From the NCBI GenBank assembly GCA_035699205.1, contig DASSBA010000153.1:4096-68095 (forward strand): a stretch of DNA of 64,000 bases, written 5' to 3'. Numbering within the stretch: position 1 is the stretch's first letter; every line of letters begins with the position of its first letter. The stretch comes from Gemmatimonadales bacterium. GTDB lineage: Bacteria > Gemmatimonadota > Gemmatimonadetes > Gemmatimonadales > GWC2-71-9. The notes under the pieces were generated by a model. That model was not told the DNA's origin and did not search any database. It was given only the letters and a program-made list of their open reading frames with translations. The translations under genes were made by a program, and so were the position numbers. This document shows, in pieces, positions 7,846 to 16,266 of this stretch.

Positions 7846-8729
7846 TCGAAGCGGTAAAAATCTGGAATGAGCCCAACAACCTTTCGCACTGGGATTTCGA
7901 GATCGACCCCGGCTGGCGCATCTTCGCCGAGACGGTCCGCGCCGCGGGGGCCGCGGTGCATGCCGAGCGACCGGGCCTGCCGCGCGTGCTGGGCGGGCTC
8001 TCGCCCATCGATCCCGCCTTCCTGCGCAACATGGCGGAGCAGGGGGTGCTCGAGGCGGTCGATGTCGTGGCGGTGCACGGATTCCCGCTCGACTGGAACC
8101 ACTGGACGATTCATGAGTGGCCCGCCAAGCTGTGCGAGATCGAGGCCGTGACCAGCCTTCCCGTGTGGGTTACCGAAGTCGGTGTCTCCACGTTCGGCGC
8201 CGAGGAGGTGCAGGAGTTCGGGCTGCGGCGCACCGCCGAGCTGCTCCTGGACCGGGTGCCGCGGGTCCACTGGTACAGCTTGTACGATCTCCCGCGCGCC
8301 TGGCCCGCGACCACGCGCCACCGTGAGGCCGAAGGTTCCTCTTATTACCGGCACTTCTACCTCGGTCTGGTCCGGGAGGACGGCACGCCGAAGCCCGCGC
8401 TGGCGCGATTCCCCCAATACGCGCCCGCGATGGGCATCTGCCAGTGGTTCCACTTCGAGGACCACCGGCTCGACGACGCCGTCCGCTGGCTCCGGAAGCT
8501 CGGCGTGCGCCACCTCCGGACCGGCCTGAGCTGGGCGGACAGCCACCGACCCGGCGCCGAAGCCTGGTTCGACCGGCAGATGCGCGCGCTGGAGCCGTTC
8601 GACGTGACGCTCACGTTCTGCTTCACCCCGGAGTCTTGCGGAGTGCGTCCGCACCACACCAGTCCCCCGCGCGATGTGGAGGAATTCGCCGACTTCTGCG
8701 GCCGGATGGTGCGGCGCTACGCCTGCTGA
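7842..8729 (+). CDS. Clan GH-A-like glycoside hydrolase with apparently permuted segment order
   Basis: It starts at MIEAVKIWNEPN (NEP acid/base-type motif at aa 9-11) and has PVWVTEVG about 100 aa later (nucleophile-type TE). GLVREDGTPKPAL is a typical barrel end. It is followed by about 90 aa (LGVRHLRTGLSWAD...EEFADFCGRMVRRY) that resemble the N-terminal strands of such barrels. ATGA overlap with the upstream gene. Confidence 0.6.
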   Translation: MIEAVKIWNEPNNLSHWDFEIDPGWRIFAETVRAAGAAVHAERPGLPRVLGGLSPIDPAFLRNMAEQGVLEAVDVVAVHGFPLDWNHWTIHEWPAKLCEIEAVTSLPVWVTEVGVSTFGAEEVQEFGLRRTAELLLDRVPRVHWYSLYDLPRAWPATTRHREAEGSSYYRHFYLGLVREDGTPKPALARFPQYAPAMGICQWFHFEDHRLDDAVRWLRKLGVRHLRTGLSWADSHRPGAEAWFDRQMRALEPFDVTLTFCFTPESCGVRPHHTSPPRDVEEFADFCGRMVRRYAC

Positions 8730-9226
8730 GGCCATCCGAAGAGCTCCCGCGCCTCGAGGAAGTCCACGCCCGCGGCGGCGGCGGCGCTCCGGTCGGCTTC
8801 GCTGTCGCCCACGAACACCGTTTCCCGCCGGCCGACGCCGTAGAATGCCATGATCCGGATCAGCATCCGCGGCGCCGGCTTGCGGCAGTCGCAGGCGACT
8901 CCCATGGCGTGCGGGCAGAGCTGGAGGGCCGGGTCGGGAGGCGCATGGCCGATGGCGGCGAGCGCCAGCTCGCGCAGCAGGTCACGCGCGGCCCGCCTGG
9001 TGAAAAACCCGGCGCCGATCTGGTCCTGGTTCGATGCCAGGCCGAAATACGGTCCGCCGGCGCGCTGCCATGGCATGCCCGCCAGCCGCTCGCGTACGCC
9101 GGGCAGCAGCTCCCACTCCCCCGGCCCCCTCGGGCACGGTTGCCCGGGTACCGTCGTCCGGCGGAGCGTGTCATCCGCGTCGAAGATGCACAGCCGGTAG
9201 CCGGCCAGCGGCTCCGCCTCACGCAT
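8717..9226 (-). CDS. HAD-IIIA family phosphatase (GmhB / histidinol-phosphatase-like)
   Basis: Internal ATG 9226 of ORF 8717..9655 gives MREAEPLAGYRLCIFDADDTL (DxDxT motif), then GLASNQD, CDCRKPAPRM and FVGDSEADRSAA. The upstream part of the ORF is low-complexity. Confidence 0.85.
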   Translation of the reverse strand: MREAEPLAGYRLCIFDADDTLRRTTVPGQPCPRGPGEWELLPGVRERLAGMPWQRAGGPYFGLASNQDQIGAGFFTRRAARDLLRELALAAIGHAPPDPALQLCPHAMGVACDCRKPAPRMLIRIMAFYGVGRRETVFVGDSEADRSAAAAAGVDFLEARELFGWPQQA

Positions 9227-10982
9227 GCCATTGCGCCGCGGCGCCGGGGGCGAGCTCGGCCTCGAGCAGCCGCCGGTAGCGGACGATCTGGCGCCGGAAC
9301 CTCGCGCCGTCCGGGATGTCACCGAGCGACTCGGCGGCCAGGCTGACGTAGCCGAATCGGAACGCGAGGTACGCGAGCGCGTGGAAGGGGAGGCGTCCGG
9401 CGATGTCCCCATCGCCGCTCGCCCGCCGATAGAGCTCGAGGAATCCGCGCCTCGCGGCGCCGTCCAGCCCGAACTCCAGACAGGTTCCCGCGACGTCCCA
9501 GGCGATGTCCTGCGGACCGGGGAAGAAGTGGTCGTCGTGGTGGTCCACCGCATCCGCCTTGAGATACCCGCGGTTGGTCCGCAGCCATTCATGGCGCAGC
9601 ATGCGGCCGTCGAGGGCGGTGGGCGGCTCCCGGGGCGCCGCGCGCCGGGAAGCAAGCCGCGTCGCCAACGGCCCGGCCGCGGCCTCGCCGAGTGCCTCGA
9701 TGACGTTGGCCGCCACCATCTCGCTGAGATCGGGAGCGCTCGACGGCTCGGCCGGAAACGCCCGGCGGAGGTGCGCCAGATACCGGGCCATCGTGCCGGC
9801 CAGTTCGGCGGTCGGCTCTTCCGCGGTCACGGGCGTTCCGGGTCGGAATTCCTGGATCAGGAAGCCGTGCTCGAGCCCCACCGGCCGTGGCGTGAACCCG
9901 GCCTCCCCCAATGCTCGCGCCCGGCACAGCTTGGCATCGCCGTGGCCACCCAGCCCCGCGAAGCGCAGCAGCAGGTCGGGCCGCTCGGACGTCCCGGAGG
10001 CCGGCCGCGCGAGCAGCTTTCGCCGTTCGTGCTGCGGCTGCACCGGCGGGTACTCGGCCGGATCGGACAGCAGCAGCGGGCGCCAGCCACCGGCCGACAG
10101 GTCGCACAGCGAGCTGCCCGGCACCAGGTCCGCGAGCCGACCCGTCTCGACCCAGACTTCCTCGAACGTGGCGGTGAACTGCGGATGGCGTCCCCAGCGC
10201 GCCCGCGCATCCTCCGACCTGAGCGAGCCGCCGTCGGTTCGCCAGCTCGGCAGGAGCACGATCCGCTCGTCGGGTACGCCGAGCTCCGAGAGCGCCCGCG
10301 CCGTCCCCGCGAATGACGACCCGCTGAGGCCCGGCCCCTCGTCCACCAGGAGGAACGGCGCGGCGGCGTGCCGGCGCAAAAGCGCCTGAAGCGAGGACGT
10401 GAACCGGGCACGCCGATCGAAGGGATGCCCGTGCGGACGCACGGTGAGTGAAAGGACCTGGACGCCGAGCTCCTCCAGGGCCGCGGTCACCACCGCCGAA
10501 AGGCTGGTACCGATGCTCCGGACCCCGAGGCAGACGGCCCGCTCCATCCGGAGCGCGCGGGCGCACCGCACCGCCGCCGCCAGGTAGGTCTCCGGAAACA
10601 GGCCGTAGTGGGCGTACCCCTCCGGCACGCGGCTCTCGATCCCGGCGGGCAGCGCGGCCGCCTCGATTGACGCCAGCGCCGCCCGCGCCCGCGCCGCCCA
10701 GGGTCTCAGCGATTCGCGGTTGCCGTGCCACGCGTGCCAGAGCAGGTGGCCGGCGGCGATGCTCGCGCGCCGGAGCGCGCCGGTGACGGGGTGCAGGGTG
10801 TCGACCTCGCCGTGGATGGCATCCGCCATCCCCGCCTCGAGCGCACCGGCGGCCAGGAGCACCCGCACGATCCGGTCGTGCACGTCGGCCTGGTCGGGGG
10901 CAAGATCCTCGAGGCCCTCACGCAGGGAAGTCAGCAGGCGGAGCGGATCCTCGCGGCTCCGCTGTTCGCGATATACCAGCAT
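9219..10982 (-). CDS. Large conserved-looking hypothetical protein (possible PRTase-like middle region and kinase-like C-terminal region)
   Basis: 587 aa with balanced composition, ATG start, and an 8-nt overlap with the downstream HAD gene. FLLVDEGPGLSGSSFAGTARAL resembles a PRTase loop. The C-terminal AVDHHDDHFFPGPQDIAWDVAG weakly resembles a phosphotransferase motif. Function not assignable by eye. Confidence 0.7.
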   Translation of the reverse strand: MLVYREQRSREDPLRLLTSLREGLEDLAPDQADVHDRIVRVLLAAGALEAGMADAIHGEVDTLHPVTGALRRASIAAGHLLWHAWHGNRESLRPWAARARAALASIEAAALPAGIESRVPEGYAHYGLFPETYLAAAVRCARALRMERAVCLGVRSIGTSLSAVVTAALEELGVQVLSLTVRPHGHPFDRRARFTSSLQALLRRHAAAPFLLVDEGPGLSGSSFAGTARALSELGVPDERIVLLPSWRTDGGSLRSEDARARWGRHPQFTATFEEVWVETGRLADLVPGSSLCDLSAGGWRPLLLSDPAEYPPVQPQHERRKLLARPASGTSERPDLLLRFAGLGGHGDAKLCRARALGEAGFTPRPVGLEHGFLIQEFRPGTPVTAEEPTAELAGTMARYLAHLRRAFPAEPSSAPDLSEMVAANVIEALGEAAAGPLATRLASRRAAPREPPTALDGRMLRHEWLRTNRGYLKADAVDHHDDHFFPGPQDIAWDVAGTCLEFGLDGAARRGFLELYRRASGDGDIAGRLPFHALAYLAFRFGYVSLAAESLGDIPDGARFRRQIVRYRRLLEAELAPGAAAQWHA

Positions 10983-10994
10983 CCGTCCGTGTCC

Positions 10995-11807
10995 TCACGC
11001 CCGCGCGCGGCCGGTCGCGGCCAGGAGCTCCGGCGTGAAATCGTAGGGGGCGCGATCGGGTGCGTCGGCGGCGAGCGGTTCGCAGATGTAGAACTCGTGC
11101 CCGGGATGGGACCGGACCCGGAGGCCGCTCGAGCGGAGCATCGCCATGACGGCCGCATGGTTGGGTACCCACCAGTTCGTGGGGTCGCCGGCGAAGCGGT
11201 CCTCGATGAACGCCATCCGCGGCCACCCGGGTTCCCGCAGCGCGGCGCGCTCGTCCAGCGGGCGATCGCCGGTGTCGGACTGCACCTCCATCTCCTCCGT
11301 CGTGAGCGTCTGAAAGGCCATCAGCCGGCGGGCGCGGCGCGCGACGATGTCGAGTCCGAGGAGCGGGTAGCGCAGATGGTAGAAGACGCCGAGGAAGAGC
11401 ACGAGATCGAACTGCCCGTCCGCGCGGGCCAGATCGTACACCTGCATCCGGCGGAACTCGATCCTGGACGCGAGCCCGAACTCGCGCGCCGCCCAGCGCG
11501 CCTGGTCGAGGTAGTGTCCGTCCACGTCGATCGCGGTGACCCGGGCGCCGCGCTTCGCCAGCTCGAAGGTATAGAAGCCGGCGTTGGCGCCGATGTCGAG
11601 CGCGGTCCAGCCCTCCAGCCGCTGCGGCAGGTGCGGCCCGAGAACACGCCACTTGTACCGTGGGAAGTCGCCCAGCGGGTGGTCCGGCGCCGTCTGGCTG
11701 CCGTCCGGCAGGTGAAGGTTGTGGAACCAGGGGCCGAGCCGTTCGATGTCCCGCCGCCGCCGCTCGGCCGCCGGGGACTGCGGCTCCTGGGATACCGGCC
11801 GAGTCAT
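10995..11807 (-). CDS. SAM-dependent methyltransferase, DUF1698/CmoB-like (resembles the TIGR04290-type family)
   Basis: LGPWFHNLHLPDG near the N-terminus, SAM motif I LDIGANAGFYTFELAKRGA, and FDLVLFLGVFYHLRYPL. 270 aa. Confidence 0.85.
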   Translation of the reverse strand: MTRPVSQEPQSPAAERRRRDIERLGPWFHNLHLPDGSQTAPDHPLGDFPRYKWRVLGPHLPQRLEGWTALDIGANAGFYTFELAKRGARVTAIDVDGHYLDQARWAAREFGLASRIEFRRMQVYDLARADGQFDLVLFLGVFYHLRYPLLGLDIVARRARRLMAFQTLTTEEMEVQSDTGDRPLDERAALREPGWPRMAFIEDRFAGDPTNWWVPNHAAVMAMLRSSGLRVRSHPGHEFYICEPLAADAPDRAPYDFTPELLAATGRARA

Positions 11808-11820
11808 GACGGCGACCTCC

Positions 11821-12912
11821 TCAGCTGGATGTCTGTCGCGCGGTGAGTCCGAGGACGTGCCCCTCGAGCTCTTCGGCGCGGTGCGCGGCGGTATGTTCCG
11901 CCAGGATACGTGCCCGCGCGCGGGCGCCGATCGCGAGCCGGTCGTCCTCCGGGAGGTCGCGGACGTAGCCGAGCACGTCGGCGGCCGAGCGCGCCAGCAG
12001 CACCTCGCTGCCCGGCGTGAGCACCGTTTCGATGCCGTTCCAGGCGTCGCTGACGATCGGCGTGCCGCACGCCGCCGCCTCGAACAGGCGCACGCTCGGG
12101 GAGAACCCGGCGGCGATCATGTCCGCGCGGGTCAGGTTCAGGGTGAACCGCTGCGCGTTGTAGAACCCGCGGTGCCGGGCGGGCGGCAGGTGGTCGACGC
12201 GGCGCACATTGGCCGGCCAGCGGATCGAGGCGGGATACTGCGGCCCCGCCACCACGAACCGGCCCTCCCACCAGCGTCGCGCCGGGTCCATCAGCAGATG
12301 CGTCAGGCCGCGCTGCCGGTCCGCGCTGAAGGTGCCCATGTAGCCCAGATCCCAGCGGAGCGTCGCCGGCTCGGGCTGATAGATCGCCGGATCGACCGAG
12401 CAGTAGAGCGCGCGCGCCGCCTGCGCGCCGTAGGTGCGCTCCAGCCGCTCGAGCGTCGGGCCGCCGGTGAACGAGAGATACAGGTGGTACCGGGGAATGA
12501 GGGCCCTGGTCAGGTACTCCACCTCGCCCCGGGCGAGCCGCGCCAGCGTGACGGGTGTGTCGATGTCGTAGAACGCCGTGACTCCCTGCGCGGTCCGGGT
12601 GACCCACTCCCCCACCTTGGCCCCCTCGGGCACGTACGAGCCGACGATGACCAGGTCGGCCTCCCCCACCGGCGCGGTGAACCGGCGCTTGAGCTCACCC
12701 AGGTTGTGGTAGAGCACCGTCCGGCCGTGCGGGGGGCGCGGAAGGTCGCGGTTGGCGGCGTACCACTCGACGTCCCGCTCCAGGAAGAGCACCTCGTGAC
12801 CTCGCGCCGTCAGCTCCCGTACGAGCCCGCGGTAGGTGGTGGCATGACCGTTCCCCCACGACGACGTGATCGACAAACCGAGGATGACGATGCGGAGCTC
12901 GGGCGCGCTCAT
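11821..12912 (-). CDS. CgeB-like GT-B glycosyltransferase, paralogue 2
   Basis: Internal ATG 12912 gives MSAPELRIVILGLSITSSWGNGHATTYRGL. Also RLFEAAACGTPIVSDAWNGIETVLTPGSEVLLA. ATGA overlap with the upstream stop at 12909. Confidence 0.85.
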   Translation of the reverse strand: MSAPELRIVILGLSITSSWGNGHATTYRGLVRELTARGHEVLFLERDVEWYAANRDLPRPPHGRTVLYHNLGELKRRFTAPVGEADLVIVGSYVPEGAKVGEWVTRTAQGVTAFYDIDTPVTLARLARGEVEYLTRALIPRYHLYLSFTGGPTLERLERTYGAQAARALYCSVDPAIYQPEPATLRWDLGYMGTFSADRQRGLTHLLMDPARRWWEGRFVVAGPQYPASIRWPANVRRVDHLPPARHRGFYNAQRFTLNLTRADMIAAGFSPSVRLFEAAACGTPIVSDAWNGIETVLTPGSEVLLARSAADVLGYVRDLPEDDRLAIGARARARILAEHTAAHRAEELEGHVLGLTARQTSS

Positions 12913-14012
12913 CGGGCCGCCTCCCGCGCCGGGCGGGCCGCGCCGAGGAGCGCCTCCACCTGCGCGGCCCGGTGCGCGTAGGTGTGCTCGGCGAGGAGCC
13001 GCCGTCGTGCCGCGCGGCCAATCGCGGCGGCGCTGGGCGGCGTGAGCCGCTCCAGGTGACCGGCCACGGCAGCCCCGTCCACCGCGACCAGCACCTCGCT
13101 GCCTGGCTCGAGGAAGAGCTCGATCCCGTCCCACTCGTCCGTGATCAGACAGCCGCCCGCGCCGGCCGCCTCGAACACGCGGGTGGGCGGCGAGAAGCCG
13201 TATCGCGCCATGCTCTCCCGGTTCACGTTGAGCACCGCGCGCGGCGTGACGTTCAGCGCGTTGTGGTCCCGGGTGTAGACGTGACCCAGGTAGTGGACGT
13301 TGGCCGGCAGCGGCTTGTCGCCCCAGCCGCTGCCGCCGAGCAGGAAGCGGCGCCGGGGCAGCCGCTCGGCCGCCGTCAGGAAGAAGTCCTCCACCCGCGC
13401 CTCGCGGTCGGGCAGCCGGTTGCCCAGGAAGGCCAGGTCGCCGTCGAAGCGGGGATCGCGCGGCACCGGATGGTGGGTGTCGGGGTCGAGCGCGTTGTAG
13501 ACCGGCACGCACTGACGGGCGCCCGCTCGCTCATAGGCCTGCACTACCGGCTCGCCGCCGCCGTACGTGAGGACGAGGTCGAACTGAGGCACCAGCGGGT
13601 GAAACGGATCGTCGGCGTCGCGCTCCAGCCGATCCAGCGTGGCCGGCGCGTCCACGTCCCAGAACGCCACCAGGGTCGTGGGTCCCTGCAGATCGAGCAC
13701 CGCGCGCTCCAGGAGCTCGTCGAAGACGCCGACGCCGCTCGCCTTCACGACCAGATCCGCGCCCCGCGCGTGCTCGAGCGCCCGCAGCACGCCGGCCTCG
13801 CCCTCCCCTGGGTAGACCACCACGCGCGCCCAATCGGGGTTCTCGAGATCGCGGTGCTGCTGGCGGCCGAAGGCGTCGGGTTCGTAGAAGGTCACCCGGT
13901 GGCCGCGGCCGGCGAGCGCCCGGATGATGCCGCGGTAGTAGGTCGCCGCGCCGTTCCAGTAGGCCGACACGAGGCTCGAGCCGAAGAAGGCGATATCGAG
14001 TCCGTACCGCAT
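12909..14012 (-). CDS. CgeB-like GT-B glycosyltransferase, paralogue 3
   Basis: Internal ATG 14012 gives MRYGLDIAFFGSSLVSAYWNGAATYYRG. Also RVFEAAGAGGCLITDEWDGIELFLEPGSEVLVA. 1-nt TGATG overlap with the upstream stop. Confidence 0.85.
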   Translation of the reverse strand: MRYGLDIAFFGSSLVSAYWNGAATYYRGIIRALAGRGHRVTFYEPDAFGRQQHRDLENPDWARVVVYPGEGEAGVLRALEHARGADLVVKASGVGVFDELLERAVLDLQGPTTLVAFWDVDAPATLDRLERDADDPFHPLVPQFDLVLTYGGGEPVVQAYERAGARQCVPVYNALDPDTHHPVPRDPRFDGDLAFLGNRLPDREARVEDFFLTAAERLPRRRFLLGGSGWGDKPLPANVHYLGHVYTRDHNALNVTPRAVLNVNRESMARYGFSPPTRVFEAAGAGGCLITDEWDGIELFLEPGSEVLVAVDGAAVAGHLERLTPPSAAAIGRAARRRLLAEHTYAHRAAQVEALLGAARPAREAAR

Positions 14013-15136
14013 CACGCCGCTCCATGCAGGGACGATCGGGCGCCGGCCGGCCGGAGCGAGGCGGTGATCGTGAGCAGCTCGTCCACCCGGTGGGCGCAGG
14101 TGTGGCGCGCCAGGATCGTGCGCAGCCCCCGCGCCGCCATGGCACGGGCCGCGACCTCGTCCGCCCGCAGGGCCGACAGGTGGCACTCCATCTCGGCGCC
14201 CGAGCGGGCGACCAGATAATCCATCCCCGGTTCGAACAGTCCCTCCGCGTCGTCCCACGGCGCGCAGACGAGCGGGATCCCGCAGGCGAGCGCCTCGAAG
14301 ACGCGAATGGTCGGGATGCCCGGCAGCGCCTGCACGTAGGGCTGCCGGGGAATGTGCACCGTTGCCCCGAACCGGCCGAGCACCCCGGGCACGGCGTGGT
14401 TGGGCAGCCAGCCGCCGTAGATGATCCGGGCGCGCGCGAGCCGCTCGAGCGCCTCGGGCGGATAGCGGACCCCGTGGACCCGGGCCCTGAGCCCCAGCCG
14501 CTCGACCGGTCGGATGAGGAACTCCTCCAGCTCGGCGCTACGCTCCTCGTCGCCCCAGTTGCCGATCCAGACGAGGTCCCCCTCGCGGAAGGCGTCGGGA
14601 ACCGGCTGGAACACCCGCACATCGGCCGCTTCGTGCCAGGTCCACACCCGGTCCGCCCAGTGCTCGTCCAGATAGCGTTGTCGCACTACCTCGCCGAACG
14701 CCAGGACACCGTCGTACCAGCGGAGGTCGTACGCGGCCATCTCGGCGGGGGCACTCACGGAACGGTGGTGAGTGTCGTGGAACAGCAGGTGATAGCCCCC
14801 GGTCAGCCGCCGGTGCTCTCCGATGGCCTGGACCAGCCACGGGTCGTTCCACTCGTGGACCAGTACCAGATCGGCGCCCGCGAGCAGCCGGTCGAGGTCG
14901 GGTGTGGCGGGTTCGTATGTCGTGCTGGTGAGCTGCGGGTACGCTGCCTGGTAGCTCTCCAGCGCCTCGGCGCCCTGCTCCCGCACCAGTTGGGTGCGGC
15001 TCCAGCCCCGCGCGGGCTCCAGCACCGCCACCTCGTGCCCACGGCACTGCAGCTCCGTCGCGACGCCCCGGAGGAAGTGCGCGTTGCCGTGGTTCCAGTC
15101 CGAGGCGAGCGAGTGGTAGAACATCACGACGCGCAT
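14012..15136 (-). CDS. CgeB-like GT-B glycosyltransferase, paralogue 4 (most divergent)
   Basis: Internal ATG 15136 gives MRVVMFYHSLASDWNHGNAHFLRGV. Also RVFEALACGIPLVCAPWDDAEGLFEPGMDYLVA. 13-nt overlap with the upstream gene. Confidence 0.8.
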   Translation of the reverse strand: MRVVMFYHSLASDWNHGNAHFLRGVATELQCRGHEVAVLEPARGWSRTQLVREQGAEALESYQAAYPQLTSTTYEPATPDLDRLLAGADLVLVHEWNDPWLVQAIGEHRRLTGGYHLLFHDTHHRSVSAPAEMAAYDLRWYDGVLAFGEVVRQRYLDEHWADRVWTWHEAADVRVFQPVPDAFREGDLVWIGNWGDEERSAELEEFLIRPVERLGLRARVHGVRYPPEALERLARARIIYGGWLPNHAVPGVLGRFGATVHIPRQPYVQALPGIPTIRVFEALACGIPLVCAPWDDAEGLFEPGMDYLVARSGAEMECHLSALRADEVAARAMAARGLRTILARHTCAHRVDELLTITASLRPAGARSSLHGAA

Positions 15137-16266
15137 GTCGGCACCTCCTCGCTCGCCGCCTCGGCGCGGCCGGAGAGCACCCGGGCGTAGATGTCGAGAT
15201 AGCCCGCGACCATCCGGGCCGGCGAGAAGCCGAGCGCCCGCCGGCGCGCCCGCATGGCCAGCGTCTGGCGAAGTCCCTGGTCCTGGACCAGCGCGTCGAG
15301 TGCGGCGCGCAGCGTGTCCGGCTCGTCGGGTGGTACGAAGATGGCCACCCCGTCCCACAGCTCGCGCAGGCTGGGAATGTCGCCGAGCACGAGCGCGCAG
15401 CCGGCCAGCGCCGCCTCGAGGACCGACAGTCCGAACGGCTCGTATCGCGCGGGCAGCGCGTAGATCGCGGCGCGCGCGAGCCGTTCGGCCATCGCGTCCG
15501 GTTCGAGCGGGCCGAGCAGGTGAACGCAGCCCGTGATGGGGACCCCGGCTCCGTCCGGCGGGGTGAGCGCGCCGGCCGCCTGCACTGGCCACGGCAGCGA
15601 CGCCGCCACCTCGGTGAGCAGCGCCAGGTTCTTCCCGGGGTCCCAGAGGCGACCGGCGGTGAGGATGACGGGCTCCTTGGGCGCGGGCGCGTAGCGGCCG
15701 CCATCCCGGCCGTTCGGCACCACGCTCCCGCCGCGTACGCCGTAGTGGCGGCGGATCGCCGCCAGCATCGCCCGGGAAGGAGCGGCGACCGCGTCGGCGG
15801 AGAGAAACCCGGCTGTCATGGCCGCGCGGTACCGGTCCCACTCCGGCGGCGCGCTCTCCTTGCGCACGTCCGCGTACCACGACAGCACGCAGGAGTGCCC
15901 CACGGCCAGCGTGGGAATGCCCCACGGCAGTGCCGCGAACACCGGCTCGCTCAGGTGCGCGACGTCGCAACCGGCGGAGCCCGCGAGCTCGCGCAGCCAG
16001 TCACCCGCGCGCGCGACGTCGTCCCACGGATCGTCCATCCACGGGAGCCTGTACGCCGCGGCGTGGAAGACGAGGCCCTCGATGGCGCCGGCGTCGCGCT
16101 CCTGGCTCGGGGTCGGCCGGCGTCCCATCGCCGCCAGGACTACGTCGATTCCGCTGGCGTGGAGCGCGCGCGCCAGCTCGAGCGCGTGCGACCAGACCCC
16201 GCCGATCGTATCGGCGGTCACGAGGACGCGGCGCGGGCGCGCGCGGGGAGCGGGCCGGTCCATCAT
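15124..16266 (-). CDS. Glycosyltransferase family 4 (GT-B, group 1)
   Basis: RVLVTADTIGGVWSHALELARAL at the N-terminus and ARYEPFGLSVLEAALAGCALVLGDIPSLRELW (the EX7E-type region). 380 aa. Confidence 0.85.
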   Translation of the reverse strand: MMDRPAPRARPRRVLVTADTIGGVWSHALELARALHASGIDVVLAAMGRRPTPSQERDAGAIEGLVFHAAAYRLPWMDDPWDDVARAGDWLRELAGSAGCDVAHLSEPVFAALPWGIPTLAVGHSCVLSWYADVRKESAPPEWDRYRAAMTAGFLSADAVAAPSRAMLAAIRRHYGVRGGSVVPNGRDGGRYAPAPKEPVILTAGRLWDPGKNLALLTEVAASLPWPVQAAGALTPPDGAGVPITGCVHLLGPLEPDAMAERLARAAIYALPARYEPFGLSVLEAALAGCALVLGDIPSLRELWDGVAIFVPPDEPDTLRAALDALVQDQGLRQTLAMRARRRALGFSPARMVAGYLDIYARVLSGRAEAASEEVPTCAS

